From positions 1,376,001 to 1,440,000 of the forward strand of contig CAXXKT010000001.1 in assembly GCA_963662405.2 (NCBI GenBank): a DNA stretch of 64,000 nucleotides. The letters run 5' to 3'. Position numbers and translations under genes: made by a program. The notes beneath the pieces are model-generated. The model was given only the letters and a program-made list of their open reading frames with translations, did no database searches and was not told the origin of the DNA. This stretch comes from Syntrophales bacterium. Its GTDB lineage: Bacteria > Desulfobacterota > Syntrophia > Syntrophales > UBA2210. Positions within the stretch are counted from its first letter, which is position 1, and each line of letters opens with the position of its first letter. Positions 1 through 9,892 of this stretch are shown here, in pieces.

Positions 1-1
1 G

Positions 2-109
2 GAGGTCCTCCGGGAGGACGACGATGTCAAGGAATTTTATCTGGGTATCGCCACCGAGGAATCGGTGAAGGGATATAAACGGTATCGGAGAAAGGTCCGG
101 TTCCGTTAG
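2..109 (+). CDS. C-terminal end of a LivF-type ABC transporter ATP-binding protein (partial)
   Basis: Frame 2 reads EVLREDDDVKEFYLGIATEESVKGYKRYRRKVRFR*. DVKEFYLG is the typical LivF C-terminus, and the gene sits directly upstream of an acyl-CoA ligase. Confidence 0.7.
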   Translation, partial: EVLREDDDVKEFYLGIATEESVKGYKRYRRKVRFR

Positions 110-156
110 TCTGAAGCAGGCGCTCATGAGTGAACTGTCCTGAAGGGGGAAGATAG

Positions 157-1959
157 ATGGCAAGTAATACGTTGCCCACGGCGTTGGTAGCTATGGCTGA
201 AAAGCAGCCCAAACGGGTTGCGATGCGCAATAAGGACTTCGGTATCTGGCACGACATTACCTGGGCCGAATACCTGGAAAACGTGAAGAACGTGGCTCTG
301 GGCCTTCACGCCCTGGGCGTGGAATATGGTGATCATGTGGCGATCATCGGTGAGAACCGGCCTGAGTGGCTCTACTCGGCCCTAGGAATCGTCTGCGCCG
401 GTGGCGCCTGGGCGGGGGTCTACACGACGAATCCGGCCGCAGAATGTGAATATGTGGTGGGGCATTCCGATTCGGTCGTCTATCTCTGCGAGGATGAGGA
501 ACAGCTGGATAAGGCCCTGGTCTTCAGGGAAAAGACCCCGAAATTGAAGAAGCTGATCGTCTGGGATATGGAGGGGCTCAAGCATTTCAAAGATCCCATG
601 TTTATGAGCTTCGACCAGCTCCTTGAGCTGGGGAGGAAGGAAGACGAGAAAGACCCCGAGCTCTTCGGCCGGCTGATCACCCTGGCCAAGCCGGAGGACA
701 TAGCGGGGATCATTTATACCTCGGGGACCACCGGGCCGCCGAAGGGGGCTCTTTTGACCCATGAGGGGTACCTGTGGGTCGGCAGGGCGTCTCAGCAGGT
801 GATAGAGATGAAGAAGGGCGATGAGAGCATCTCCTTTCTGCCACTCAATCATGTCTATGAGCAGATCTTCGATATCATGAACCACCTCACCGTGGGTCAG
901 ACGGTGAACTTTACCGAAAACACCGATACCGTCATGGCGGATATGCGCGAAGTCTCCCCGACATTTTTTCATGCCGTACCGCGGATCTGGGAAAAATATT
1001 ACTCCGCCATCGTCCTGAAGATGGCCGATGCCACCTGGTTCAAGCGAACGGTCTATAATCTGGCCGTGAAGATCGGGGACAGGTATAACACGATGAAGCT
1101 TGCCAAGGAGAAGATCCCCCTGTGGCTTAACCTCGCCTATAACCTGGCCTACTTCTGTGTCTTCTGGAAATTGAAGGAGCGTCTCGGCTTTGATAAGATC
1201 CGCCTGGGGTTCTCGGGCGCCGCGCCGATTTCAGGCGAGATACTGAAATTTTTTCAGAGTATCGGTATCCCGATCCGTGAGGGGTACGGGATGACGGAAA
1301 CGACGGGGGTCACCCATATGTCCGATGAATTTCACTTCAAGCTGGGAACGGTGGGGAGGGCCCTCCCCGGAACGGAGGTGCGGATCGCCGACGACGGAGA
1401 GATCGTGGTGAAACACAAAGGGATCTTCAAGGGCTACTATAAGGACGAAGAAACCACCCGGGAGGTTCTCGTTGACGGCTGGATGCACACGGGGGATGTG
1501 GGGGAGATCGACGAAGAGGGGTATCTCAAGATCACGGACCGGAAAAAGGATCTCATCATCACCGCGGGGGGAAAGAATATTGCCCCCCAGTATATCGAGA
1601 ATCTGTTGAAGTTTTCCCCCTATATCAATGACTCCGTCGTCATCGGCGACGGCAGGAAATACCTCTCGGCCATCATCGTCATCGACGAGGAAAACGTCAC
1701 CAAATTCGCCCAGGACCACAAGGTCCAGTACACCACCTTTGCCACCATGACCAGGACGGAAGAGGTCATCAATCTTATTCAGGGTGAGATCGACAAGGTG
1801 AACAAGCAGGTCGCGCGGGTGGAGAATATCCGAAAATTCCGAATCCTCGACAAGAAGCTGTACACCGAGGACGGCGAAGTGACGCCGACCATGAAGGTCA
1901 AGCGGAAATCGATCAACGAACAGTTCGCCGACGTGATCGAATCGATGTACCGGGATTAA
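157..1959 (+). CDS. long-chain fatty acid--CoA ligase (AMP-dependent synthetase)
   Basis: 600 aa with AMP-binding motifs IYTSGTTGPPKG, EGYGMTET, GWMHTGDVG and DRKKDLIITAGGKNIAP. Confidence 0.93.
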   Translation: MASNTLPTALVAMAEKQPKRVAMRNKDFGIWHDITWAEYLENVKNVALGLHALGVEYGDHVAIIGENRPEWLYSALGIVCAGGAWAGVYTTNPAAECEYVVGHSDSVVYLCEDEEQLDKALVFREKTPKLKKLIVWDMEGLKHFKDPMFMSFDQLLELGRKEDEKDPELFGRLITLAKPEDIAGIIYTSGTTGPPKGALLTHEGYLWVGRASQQVIEMKKGDESISFLPLNHVYEQIFDIMNHLTVGQTVNFTENTDTVMADMREVSPTFFHAVPRIWEKYYSAIVLKMADATWFKRTVYNLAVKIGDRYNTMKLAKEKIPLWLNLAYNLAYFCVFWKLKERLGFDKIRLGFSGAAPISGEILKFFQSIGIPIREGYGMTETTGVTHMSDEFHFKLGTVGRALPGTEVRIADDGEIVVKHKGIFKGYYKDEETTREVLVDGWMHTGDVGEIDEEGYLKITDRKKDLIITAGGKNIAPQYIENLLKFSPYINDSVVIGDGRKYLSAIIVIDEENVTKFAQDHKVQYTTFATMTRTEEVINLIQGEIDKVNKQVARVENIRKFRILDKKLYTEDGEVTPTMKVKRKSINEQFADVIESMYRD

Positions 1960-2013
1960 TAGGGGCTACAACCACGACGTCGGTCGACTCCTTACCCGCA
2001 GAGATCGACGTTT

Positions 2014-3393
2014 TCAAAATATCGGGGGCGCGGGATTGAAGGGCTCGCGCAGCAGTGTTGACACGAGATCCAGCCCCCGTTCCAGCGTGGTCGCTGTATC
2101 GGGTCCGGAAAGGGAAATCCGTACGGCACCGGGCGGCACACTGCCCCCGACCGCAAATTTTTCCGCGCTGAAGAGATTCACCCCCACCTGACGGCTCCGC
2201 ACCTCAAAATCAAATCCGGTCCAGGGTTTGGGTAACTCAAGCCAGACAAAGTAGCCGGCGGGCATTCCCGTGTAGGTGAACCCGGCCAATCTCTCCGAGA
2301 CCAGCCTGTTGCGAAGGACGGCCTCTTTTTGCTTGGCGTCAATGGCTTTTTCAATCGCGCCGGAATTGATGCACTCCGCGATAATGGCGGCATTGAGGGT
2401 CGGGGCCATCCAGAGTGTGTTGAGGATGGCCCTGACCAGGAGGTCGCGATACCGGTTCCCGGTAACAACGTAAGCGGAGCGCAGACCCGCGTACAATATT
2501 TTAGACAGCCCCGCGATGAAGATACTGTTATCCGGCACCATCACGGAGATGGCCGGCGACCGCTCCGGACCGGTGTGGGCGTACGCATCATCCTCCAGCA
2601 GCAACAGCCGGTGGGTCATGATCATACGGGCCAGCTGCTCGCGACGAGCCTGGGGGATATGGATGGCCATGGGATTCTGGACGCCGGGCATGAGATAGAT
2701 GCCCGTGATCTCATCGCGGCGGCAGGCCGTATCCAGTGCCTCTGGAACCATTCCGTACTCATCCGCAGGGATTGCCACGAGCCGGATTCCCAGCATCCCC
2801 GCCAGCGTTTTGAACCCCGGATAGGTCAGCTCATCGACGGCGATACGGTCTCCCGGTTTAAAGCAGGAGAGGAGGCTGCAGGCCAACGCATGCTGCGCCC
2901 CGGCGGTCACCACGATCTGTTCCGGCCGGACATTCAGGCCAAAACGCCTGACCCAGTGTGCTCCTGTCGCCCGATGCTCCGGAAGCCCTGACGGGTCGGT
3001 ATATGTGAGATACTCTTCCAGCCGACAGGTACGGTTCAGCCGTTTGAGAATCTCCATCAGATTTTCATCTTTATCGTACAGTGGCAGGACCAGTCCCATT
3101 TCGATCAGTTCCGGGTGCATGCCGTCCGGACGCACCAGATCGAGCGCCGCGCAGGCATCCGCAGCGACAAACGTTCCCCGGCCGACGATGGCGGCGACGA
3201 GCCTTCTCCGCTCCGCTTCTTTGTACGCCCGTGTTACCGTGCTCACATTGACCCCGATCATATCCGCCAGTTCGCGATGGGTTGGCAACTGGTCTCCGGG
3301 GCGCAGCAGGCCGTTGCGGATGTCCCGCTCCAATTGATCGGCTATCGCGCTGTATCGGGGTTGGTCGGTTTCGTCCAGGGCTGGATTCCACAC
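2014..3393 (-). CDS. MocR/GabR-family transcriptional regulator (GntR wHTH plus PLP aminotransferase domain)
   Basis: N-terminal LRPGDQLPTHRELA...VNVSTVTRAY...GRGTFV, followed by class I aminotransferase motifs (EDDAY, GLSKILYAGLR). Start moved to GTG 3393, behind a GGAGG RBS. Confidence 0.92.
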   Translation of the reverse strand: MWNPALDETDQPRYSAIADQLERDIRNGLLRPGDQLPTHRELADMIGVNVSTVTRAYKEAERRRLVAAIVGRGTFVAADACAALDLVRPDGMHPELIEMGLVLPLYDKDENLMEILKRLNRTCRLEEYLTYTDPSGLPEHRATGAHWVRRFGLNVRPEQIVVTAGAQHALACSLLSCFKPGDRIAVDELTYPGFKTLAGMLGIRLVAIPADEYGMVPEALDTACRRDEITGIYLMPGVQNPMAIHIPQARREQLARMIMTHRLLLLEDDAYAHTGPERSPAISVMVPDNSIFIAGLSKILYAGLRSAYVVTGNRYRDLLVRAILNTLWMAPTLNAAIIAECINSGAIEKAIDAKQKEAVLRNRLVSERLAGFTYTGMPAGYFVWLELPKPWTGFDFEVRSRQVGVNLFSAEKFAVGGSVPPGAVRISLSGPDTATTLERGLDLVSTLLREPFNPAPPIF

Positions 3394-3411
3394 GGGGACA
3401 CCTCCATAAAT

Positions 3412-3483
3412 ATTGTCATGCATACAATAATAGAATTGACTGCATACAATCACTCCGTATATGGTTGTCTTCTACCATACAAT
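3412..3483. promoter_or_regulatory. probable MocR operator: three CATACAAT direct repeats plus an ATTGT...ACAAT inverted repeat
   Basis: CATACAAT at 3421-3428, 3443-3450 and 3476-3483, in the divergent intergenic region between the MocR gene and the decarboxylase. Confidence 0.6.
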
Positions 3484-3504
3484 ATGCCAGGGGGGCAACA
3501 GCAT

Positions 3505-4905
3505 ATGGACGCGCTTCAGGAAAAACTGAAACAGCAGGTTGAAGAGAAAGAGATATTCGAACTGGCACGGCGCTGCGCCTACGACTACATGGATACGGTG
3601 GCGGAACGGGAAGCCTTTCCCACGGAACAGGCACTGCAATCGCTGGCCCTTTTCAGAGAAGCACTGCCTGAAGAAGGGGAAAATCCATTGGAGATCCTGG
3701 ATCAACTCCACCGGGTCGGTTCGCCGGCGACCGTCGCCCAGACGGGAGGACGGTATTTCGGGTTCGTCAACGGTGGTGCAATCCCTGCGGCGGTGGCGGC
3801 ACGATGGCTCACCGATGTCTGGGACCAGAATACCGCGCTCTCCGTGATGTCCCCGGTGGCGTCGGAACTGGAGACCCTGTGCGAAAGGTGGCTGGTGCAC
3901 CTCCTCGGTCTTCCGGAAAAAACGGCGGCGGGATTGGTGAGCGGCACATCCACTGCCATCCTCTGCTCCCTGGTGGCGGGACGGAATCATCTCCTCTCGC
4001 GGATGGGATGGGATGTGAACGGCAGGGGCCTGTTCGGCGCTCCTGAAATCCGCGTGATTGTTGGCGAACAGGCCCATGCCTCGATCTTCAAGGTCCTTTC
4101 GTTTATCGGTCTGGGCAGGGATCGCGTCGTCACCGTTCCGGCGGACGGCCAGGGGCGCATGATCCCCGGACAAGTTCCCCGGCTGGACAATACAACACTG
4201 CTGATCCTGCAGGCCGGCAATGTGAACTCCGGGGCGTTCGACCCCTTTGAGATCCTGTGCAATAGTGCACGGGAGGCTGGCGCCTGGGTTCATGTGGACG
4301 GGGCCTTCGGTCTGTGGGCGGCGGCCTGCCGAAACCGGGCCCATCTGACACGGGGCATGGAACAGGCGGATTCTTGGTCTGTCGATGCCCACAAGACGTT
4401 GAACGCCCCTTATGACTGTGGCATTGTGCTCTGCCGCCGTCGGGAGGCCCTGGCTGCGGCCATGCACTCATCGGGTTCGTACATTCTGTACAGCGAGCAT
4501 CGGGACGGGATGCATTATACGCCGGAGATGTCCCGGAGGGCACGCGCCGTCGAACTGTGGGCGACGCTGAAAGCCCTGGGCCGCGAAGGGATTGATGCCC
4601 TGGTGGAAGGCCTGTGCCAGCGGGCCCGGGAATTCGCCGAGGGCTTGCAGTCACGGGGGTTCCGCGTTCTCAACGATGTGGTGTTCAATCAGGTGCTTGT
4701 CGCCTGCGAGACACCGGAACTCACACAGAAAACGCTGGAGGCGATTCAGGAGTCCGGAACCTGCTGGTGCGGCGGGTCCGTCTGGGGGGATGAACCGGTT
4801 ATCCGCATCAGTGTCTGTTCCTGGGCGACGACGCCGTCCGATATCGAGTGTTCCGTGGAGGCATTTGTTGAAGCGCGGGCCGCGGCGTCCGGCAATCGCC
4901 GGTGA
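3505..4905 (+). CDS. group II PLP-dependent decarboxylase (aromatic-amino-acid/glutamate decarboxylase family)
   Basis: Motifs RYFGFVNGG, WVHVDGAFG and ADSWSVDAHKTLNAPYDCG (PLP lysine). Start set at ATG 3505 because the longer ORF would overlap the MocR gene. Confidence 0.9.
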   Translation: MDALQEKLKQQVEEKEIFELARRCAYDYMDTVAEREAFPTEQALQSLALFREALPEEGENPLEILDQLHRVGSPATVAQTGGRYFGFVNGGAIPAAVAARWLTDVWDQNTALSVMSPVASELETLCERWLVHLLGLPEKTAAGLVSGTSTAILCSLVAGRNHLLSRMGWDVNGRGLFGAPEIRVIVGEQAHASIFKVLSFIGLGRDRVVTVPADGQGRMIPGQVPRLDNTTLLILQAGNVNSGAFDPFEILCNSAREAGAWVHVDGAFGLWAAACRNRAHLTRGMEQADSWSVDAHKTLNAPYDCGIVLCRRREALAAAMHSSGSYILYSEHRDGMHYTPEMSRRARAVELWATLKALGREGIDALVEGLCQRAREFAEGLQSRGFRVLNDVVFNQVLVACETPELTQKTLEAIQESGTCWCGGSVWGDEPVIRISVCSWATTPSDIECSVEAFVEARAAASGNRR

Positions 4906-4944
4906 ACACATGACGGAAAGGACACCCATGAGAGGAGCTAAAAC

Positions 4945-5829
4945 ATGAAGACATATCCATTCAGAAAACTGGATGCCTTTACAACCGGGGCGTCCCCGGG
5001 TAACCCGGCCGGGTGTGTTCTCTTGGATTCGCCTCATGACATCAGTGCTGGGGAGATGCAGCGCATTGCTGCTGAACTGGGAGATTTCGTTTCGGAGGTG
5101 GGGTATGTGTGGCCCACACCCGGAATGAAGTGGGATTTTGAGCTGCGGTATTTTTCACGGGAGCGGGAGATCGATTTCTGCGGGCACGCCACGGTGGCGA
5201 TCATGTACGACCTCCTCCGGCGCAGACCGGTGACAGACGCCCGTACGGTGACGATCAAGACACCCGCAGGACTTTTGGAGGTGGAGGATCAGACCCACGA
5301 CAGGGATCTCGTCTTCATTCACGCGCCGGATCCGCGGTTCCTCGACATAACGACCTCCCCGGAAGATGTTGCCGGGGCGTTAAACATTCGGAATGCCGCG
5401 CTGGATGAAGCGCATCCCGTAGCGTCCGTCAATGCCGGTCTGAACACGCTTTTGGTGGCGGTGAAGACCCTTCCGGACTGTATCGAATGCCGGCCGGATT
5501 ATGAGACGCTCCGCGGATTCTGCCTGGATCATGGGATAGAGATCATCACCATCTATACCTTCGATACCGCCTTCGAGGATTCCGGTGTTCGCACGCGGGT
5601 CTTCGCCCCGCCCTTCGGATATCTGGAGGATCCGGCAACCGGTTCCGGCAATGCGGCGCTTGGATATCTGCTGGCGTCAGACGGCTACTGGGGCGAAGAG
5701 ACGCTGAAGGTCGAGCAGGGGCAATCCTGCAGGCGGCCGAATACCGTTATACTGAAAAAAGCGGGAGACCGGGTGCAGATCGGGGGGCAGAGCGTCTGCC
5801 GGATCGAGGGTACCTATTTTCTTCCATAG
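4945..5829 (+). CDS. PhzF/PhzC-family isomerase-epimerase
   Basis: Motifs LDAFT..GNPAG, SEVGY, EIDFCGHAT and EDPATGSGNAALG. Confidence 0.9.
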   Translation: MKTYPFRKLDAFTTGASPGNPAGCVLLDSPHDISAGEMQRIAAELGDFVSEVGYVWPTPGMKWDFELRYFSREREIDFCGHATVAIMYDLLRRRPVTDARTVTIKTPAGLLEVEDQTHDRDLVFIHAPDPRFLDITTSPEDVAGALNIRNAALDEAHPVASVNAGLNTLLVAVKTLPDCIECRPDYETLRGFCLDHGIEIITIYTFDTAFEDSGVRTRVFAPPFGYLEDPATGSGNAALGYLLASDGYWGEETLKVEQGQSCRRPNTVILKKAGDRVQIGGQSVCRIEGTYFLP

Positions 5830-5835
5830 GGAGGG

Positions 5836-6437
5836 ATGATGAATATCACCATACGGACCGCACGCGCGGATGATGCGCCGTTTCTGGCCCGGGTCATGTT
5901 GACGGCTTCGTGATCCCACCGGCCGTACGGACTCTGGGATCACTTTGTCGGCGGCACCGCATCTCTTTCACCATCATCTCTTTCTGATCGCCGAAAGAGA
6001 CGGCGAGCAGGTCCCTGGGCTGGGCGGCTACGACCCCGTTGCGCATGGCATGAAGGCCTTTTATCGGATCGTCCCGGCCGTGTGTGAAGAGATCGGCTGG
6101 ACCAACGAGGATCTCAGGGCCGCATCCAGACGCATGAGCTCGTATGCGGCGTGTATGCCCGAAGAGGTTCCGGGGATCCGGATCGTGGAGAGCGTGGCGG
6201 CCATGCCCCCAGCCAGAAGGCGGGGCGTCATGAATCGGCTGCTCACGGAAATCCTTGCCAAAGGCAGGACCGGGGGGGTACGGGAAAAGCCGGATCAGCG
6301 TCCTGGCCGGTAACACCCCCGCCCGGATGGCCCATGAAAAAGAGGGCTTTCGTTCTGTCGATGAGAAACGCCATCCTGCATTCGAGGCGACATACGGCGA
6401 TGATGGCATCACCCGCATGATAATGGATCTCCGGTAA
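5836..6437 (+). pseudogene. GNAT N-acetyltransferase pseudogene
   Basis: MMNITIRTARADDAPFLARVMLTAS ends at an in-frame TGA (5911). Later frames give IVESVAAMPPARRRGVMNRLL (motif A) and ISVLAGNTPARMAHEKEGF (motif B). There are two frame changes, one at the G-run near 6272-6278. Confidence 0.75.
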
Positions 6438-6575
6438 TGATATGCATCTCTCCAAGAGGAAAAAGATGACACCGACGATACTGATCGGCGCTACCGCTGC
6501 CGCAGGAGATTACGAGACGGGTGATCAACGGGCAGTGGACCGATCCGATCGAATCGATCTATCGGGATTGGCGGG

Positions 6576-7502
6576 TTAGAGGTCTTCCGGCGTGAAGGTC
6601 ACCACGTCGTCGATTGATTCTTTGTCCGCAAAGATCATCGCCAGGCGGTCGACCCCCAGCGCGATCCCCGCTGCTTCGGGCATGGTGGGGAGTGCCTCCA
6701 GGAATTTCTCCGGCATGGGATAGAGGATGCTGCCGGATGCGCGGCGGTTTCTTATCTCTTCCTCAAACCGTTCCCGCTGTTCTCCCGCATCGGTCAATTC
6801 CGAAAAGGCGTTGGCCAGTTCGAGCCCCCCCATGTACAGTTCGAAGCGTTCCGCTACCGACGGGTCCGCCCGGTTGATGCGGGCGAGCGCCCCGAGCGCT
6901 GCCGGATAATCATACAGGAATACGGGTCCTTCCGTTCCGATATTGGGTTCGATCTCGGCCACCATGATCTCGTCGAAGCGGTCCTGTTCCAGGGCCTGGT
7001 CCATCGATCGGGAGGCATAACGGTTGAAGGCATCTTTCACCGAGAGACGCTCCCAGGGGGTGCGCATCGCAATGGGTTGCCCCCGGTATGTCAGATCCCC
7101 TTCGTGGCCGAGTTTATGTGCAACGGAGACGATCATTGTCTCGCACACCTCCATCATCCGGTGGTAGTCGATACCGCTCTCGTACCACTCGAGGAGGGTG
7201 AATTCGGTCATATGGCGCGATCCCCGTTCCTTACTGCGGAAACAATGGGTGATCTGGAATATGCGGGGGTAACCGGCGGCCAGGAGACGCTTCATGCACA
7301 GCTCGGGGGAGGTATGGAGAAACCAGCCGTCCGCAGGGATGGCATCGATATGAACCTCCGGGGCGGGAGCGGGGATCCGAGTCGGGGTCTCGACCTCGAG
7401 AAAGTCCCGTTCGATAAAAAAGCCGCGAATCGCACGGATCATCGCGGCTCGGACTCCCAAGGCTTCTCGTTTCCGGGTGAATTTCCAGCCTGAATCCATC
7501 AT
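6576..7502 (-). CDS. epmA: EF-P lysine aminoacylase (EpmA/GenX/PoxA)
   Basis: LysRS-like catalytic core with no anticodon domain (FLHTSPELCMKRLLAAG, ELANAFSEL, GIALGVDRL), translationally coupled to efp. Confidence 0.93.
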   Translation of the reverse strand: MMDSGWKFTRKREALGVRAAMIRAIRGFFIERDFLEVETPTRIPAPAPEVHIDAIPADGWFLHTSPELCMKRLLAAGYPRIFQITHCFRSKERGSRHMTEFTLLEWYESGIDYHRMMEVCETMIVSVAHKLGHEGDLTYRGQPIAMRTPWERLSVKDAFNRYASRSMDQALEQDRFDEIMVAEIEPNIGTEGPVFLYDYPAALGALARINRADPSVAERFELYMGGLELANAFSELTDAGEQRERFEEEIRNRRASGSILYPMPEKFLEALPTMPEAAGIALGVDRLAMIFADKESIDDVVTFTPEDL

Positions 7503-8062
7503 TCCTTGACACGGGTGAGGTATTCGCCGGTACGCGTGTCGATCCGTATCTTCTCCCCTTCTTCGATGAAGGGGGGTGCCTGGAGCGCATAGCCCGTCTC
7601 AACAACGATCGGTTTTGATTTTCCCGTGACCGAATCCCCCTTCGCCCATGGCTCGGCGACGGTCACCGTGAGGTCGACGAAGTTGGGCAGGGTGATCCCG
7701 AGCGGCTCCTCTCCGAAAAAGAGGATCTCAACATCCAGGTTATCGGACAGGAAATTTTTCGCATCCCCGACTTGGTCTTCGGTGAGGTAGACCTGCTCGT
7801 AGGTTTCGGCCTCCATGAAACAGTATTGTCTGTCTTCCTCGTAGAGGTACTGCATCTTTTTTTCCCGGAGATTGGCGGGCGCGAAGGTGTCTCCGGACCG
7901 GTAGGTTCGTTCGAACTGGTTTCCATTGATCATGTTCTTGAGCTTGCATCGATAGAGAGACTGACCCTTCCCCGGTTTTGTAAAGGTAAAATCGACGATT
8001 ACATAGGGATCCCCGTCGATCTGTATCTTCAGGTTTTTCCTCAGGTCGCTTGCGGAATACAT
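7499..8062 (-). CDS. efp: translation elongation factor P
   Basis: 187 aa with the KPGKG loop, PPFIEEGEKIRIDTRTGEY. Confidence 0.97.
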   Translation of the reverse strand: MYSASDLRKNLKIQIDGDPYVIVDFTFTKPGKGQSLYRCKLKNMINGNQFERTYRSGDTFAPANLREKKMQYLYEEDRQYCFMEAETYEQVYLTEDQVGDAKNFLSDNLDVEILFFGEEPLGITLPNFVDLTVTVAEPWAKGDSVTGKSKPIVVETGYALQAPPFIEEGEKIRIDTRTGEYLTRVKE

Positions 8063-8164
8063 GGCTTCCTCCTGTGCGTTTTCGAATTGAAGATCAAACC
8101 TTCTAATCTATTTGCCGGCATATGTCAAAAGATTGTTGGTTCCTTCAGGAGGGGAAGAATGAGG

Positions 8165-9862
8165 TTACATCCTGGTGACACGGAAGATCTCCTCGATGGT
8201 GGTAATGCCGCTGAGGACCTTGCGCGTGCCGTCTTGGAGAAGGGTGATCATCCCGTCTCTGATTGCCTCTTTCCGTATCTGGTTTGAGTCCGATGTCTTC
8301 AATATCAGGTTCTTCAGATGGTCGTTCAGGACCATCATTTCAAAGATGGCGGCCCTTCCCCGGTAGCCGGTATTCATGCACGCAGGGCACCCCCTTCTCC
8401 GGTAGACGGTGTGTCCTTCAAGCTGTGCCCTGTCGAGGCCCGTTTTCGCCAGGGATTTTTCGTCCGGGGTGTAGGCCTCTTTACAAGCGGGGCACAGGAC
8501 CCGGATAAGCCGCTGGGCGATGATGGCGACGACGGATGAGGATACCAGAAACGGCTCGACACCCATATCGATGATACGTGTGATCGCACTGGCCGCATCG
8601 TTGGTATGGAGGGTAGAGAAGACCAGATGGCCGGTGAGGGATGACTGGATGGCTATTTCCGAAGTCTCTCTGTCCCGGATCTCACCCACCAGAATCACGT
8701 CGGGGTCCTGTCTCACGATGGAACGAAGCCCCTTGGCGAAGGTCAGATCGATCTTGGAATTGACCTGTATCTGCCCGATCCCCTCCATCCGGTATTCGAT
8801 CGGATCCTCGATCGTGATGATATTGATCTCGGGATTGTTGATGGTCGAAAGGGCTGCATACAGGGTGGTTGTCTTGCCGCTCCCCGTCGGCCCGGTAACG
8901 AGGATGACTCCATGGGGAGATTGAATGAGATCATCGAAGAGCGCAAAGCGCTCCTGGTCCAGCCCCAGATCGTCAAGTTTCAGTATCGCTCCGGTCTTGT
9001 CGAGGAGCCGGAGCACGACCCGTTCACCGAAGGCCGTGGGGATCACGGATACCCGGATGTCGATCGCCTTGTCGCCGATCTTGATGTCGATCCTTCCGTC
9101 CTGGGGGAGGCGTTTTTCCGCTATGTTAAGCTTGGCCATTACCTTGACACGCGATATCAGAGCGGACTGGATCTGCTTCGGGAGCTTCAGGATGTTGTAC
9201 AGAATGCCGTCTATCCGGTATCGAATGGCAAGGGAACCTTGATAGGGCTCGATATGGATATCGCTTGCCCGATCTCTGACGGCGCGCGCGAGGGTCAGAT
9301 TCATCAGCTTAATGATCGGTGCGTCGCTGGTGTCATCCAGGAGATCGGCGGTTTCTTCAATTTCGGAGAGAATCCTGTCCGGTGTTTCGTCGTCACTCAT
9401 ATCTTGGATAAATGCTTCGGCTGAGTCGGTTTCCTGGTTGTATGCCGCATTGATGGCGGAGAAGATGGCCCCCTGAGGGGCTAGAACGATACGGGCATCC
9501 TTCCATCCCAGGATATGGATGATGTCATCGAGGGGTTGAAAATCGAAGGGATTGTGAACCGCCACGAATCTGCCGTCCGATGTCTCCAACGGAACCATTT
9601 TGTGCCGCCTCAGATATTGGATAGGCAATGCCTGGGTGAAATGCACATCGACGCCATCGGTGGGGAGGGAAGGCCAGAAAGGCAGGTCGAGGCGGGTACC
9701 TATCGCTTCCAGAAGAGCGGTTTCATCGATATCTTTTCTATGAACCAAGTTGTCGATGATGCCCTGTTCCGGAGCGCGAGGTGTCGAGAGTACATCGGCG
9801 ATCGCCTCATCGGAGAGGCCGTATCCTGCAAGGAGGGATTCTCTGCTCATGGTTGTCGTCAC
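8165..9862 (-). CDS. gspE: type II secretion ATPase GspE
   Basis: ASDIHIEP, Walker A GPTGSGKTTT, RQDPDVILVGEIRD, tetracysteine CPAC...CPAC motif; lies within the gsp cluster. Confidence 0.93.
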   Translation of the reverse strand: MTTTMSRESLLAGYGLSDEAIADVLSTPRAPEQGIIDNLVHRKDIDETALLEAIGTRLDLPFWPSLPTDGVDVHFTQALPIQYLRRHKMVPLETSDGRFVAVHNPFDFQPLDDIIHILGWKDARIVLAPQGAIFSAINAAYNQETDSAEAFIQDMSDDETPDRILSEIEETADLLDDTSDAPIIKLMNLTLARAVRDRASDIHIEPYQGSLAIRYRIDGILYNILKLPKQIQSALISRVKVMAKLNIAEKRLPQDGRIDIKIGDKAIDIRVSVIPTAFGERVVLRLLDKTGAILKLDDLGLDQERFALFDDLIQSPHGVILVTGPTGSGKTTTLYAALSTINNPEINIITIEDPIEYRMEGIGQIQVNSKIDLTFAKGLRSIVRQDPDVILVGEIRDRETSEIAIQSSLTGHLVFSTLHTNDAASAITRIIDMGVEPFLVSSSVVAIIAQRLIRVLCPACKEAYTPDEKSLAKTGLDRAQLEGHTVYRRRGCPACMNTGYRGRAAIFEMMVLNDHLKNLILKTSDSNQIRKEAIRDGMITLLQDGTRKVLSGITTIEEIFRVTRM

Positions 9863-9892
9863 GCTTGGCCGGGTACCTTCATCGCTCTTCTT

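Noticed and set aside
3115..3504. 130-aa N-terminal extension of the decarboxylase
   Set aside because: It overlaps the divergent MocR gene and its operator region. Family-like sequence starts near ATG 3505.
5911..5913. In-frame TGA as selenocysteine or readthrough in the GNAT gene
   Set aside because: The gene also has two frameshifts, and a CGA-to-TGA change explains the stop.
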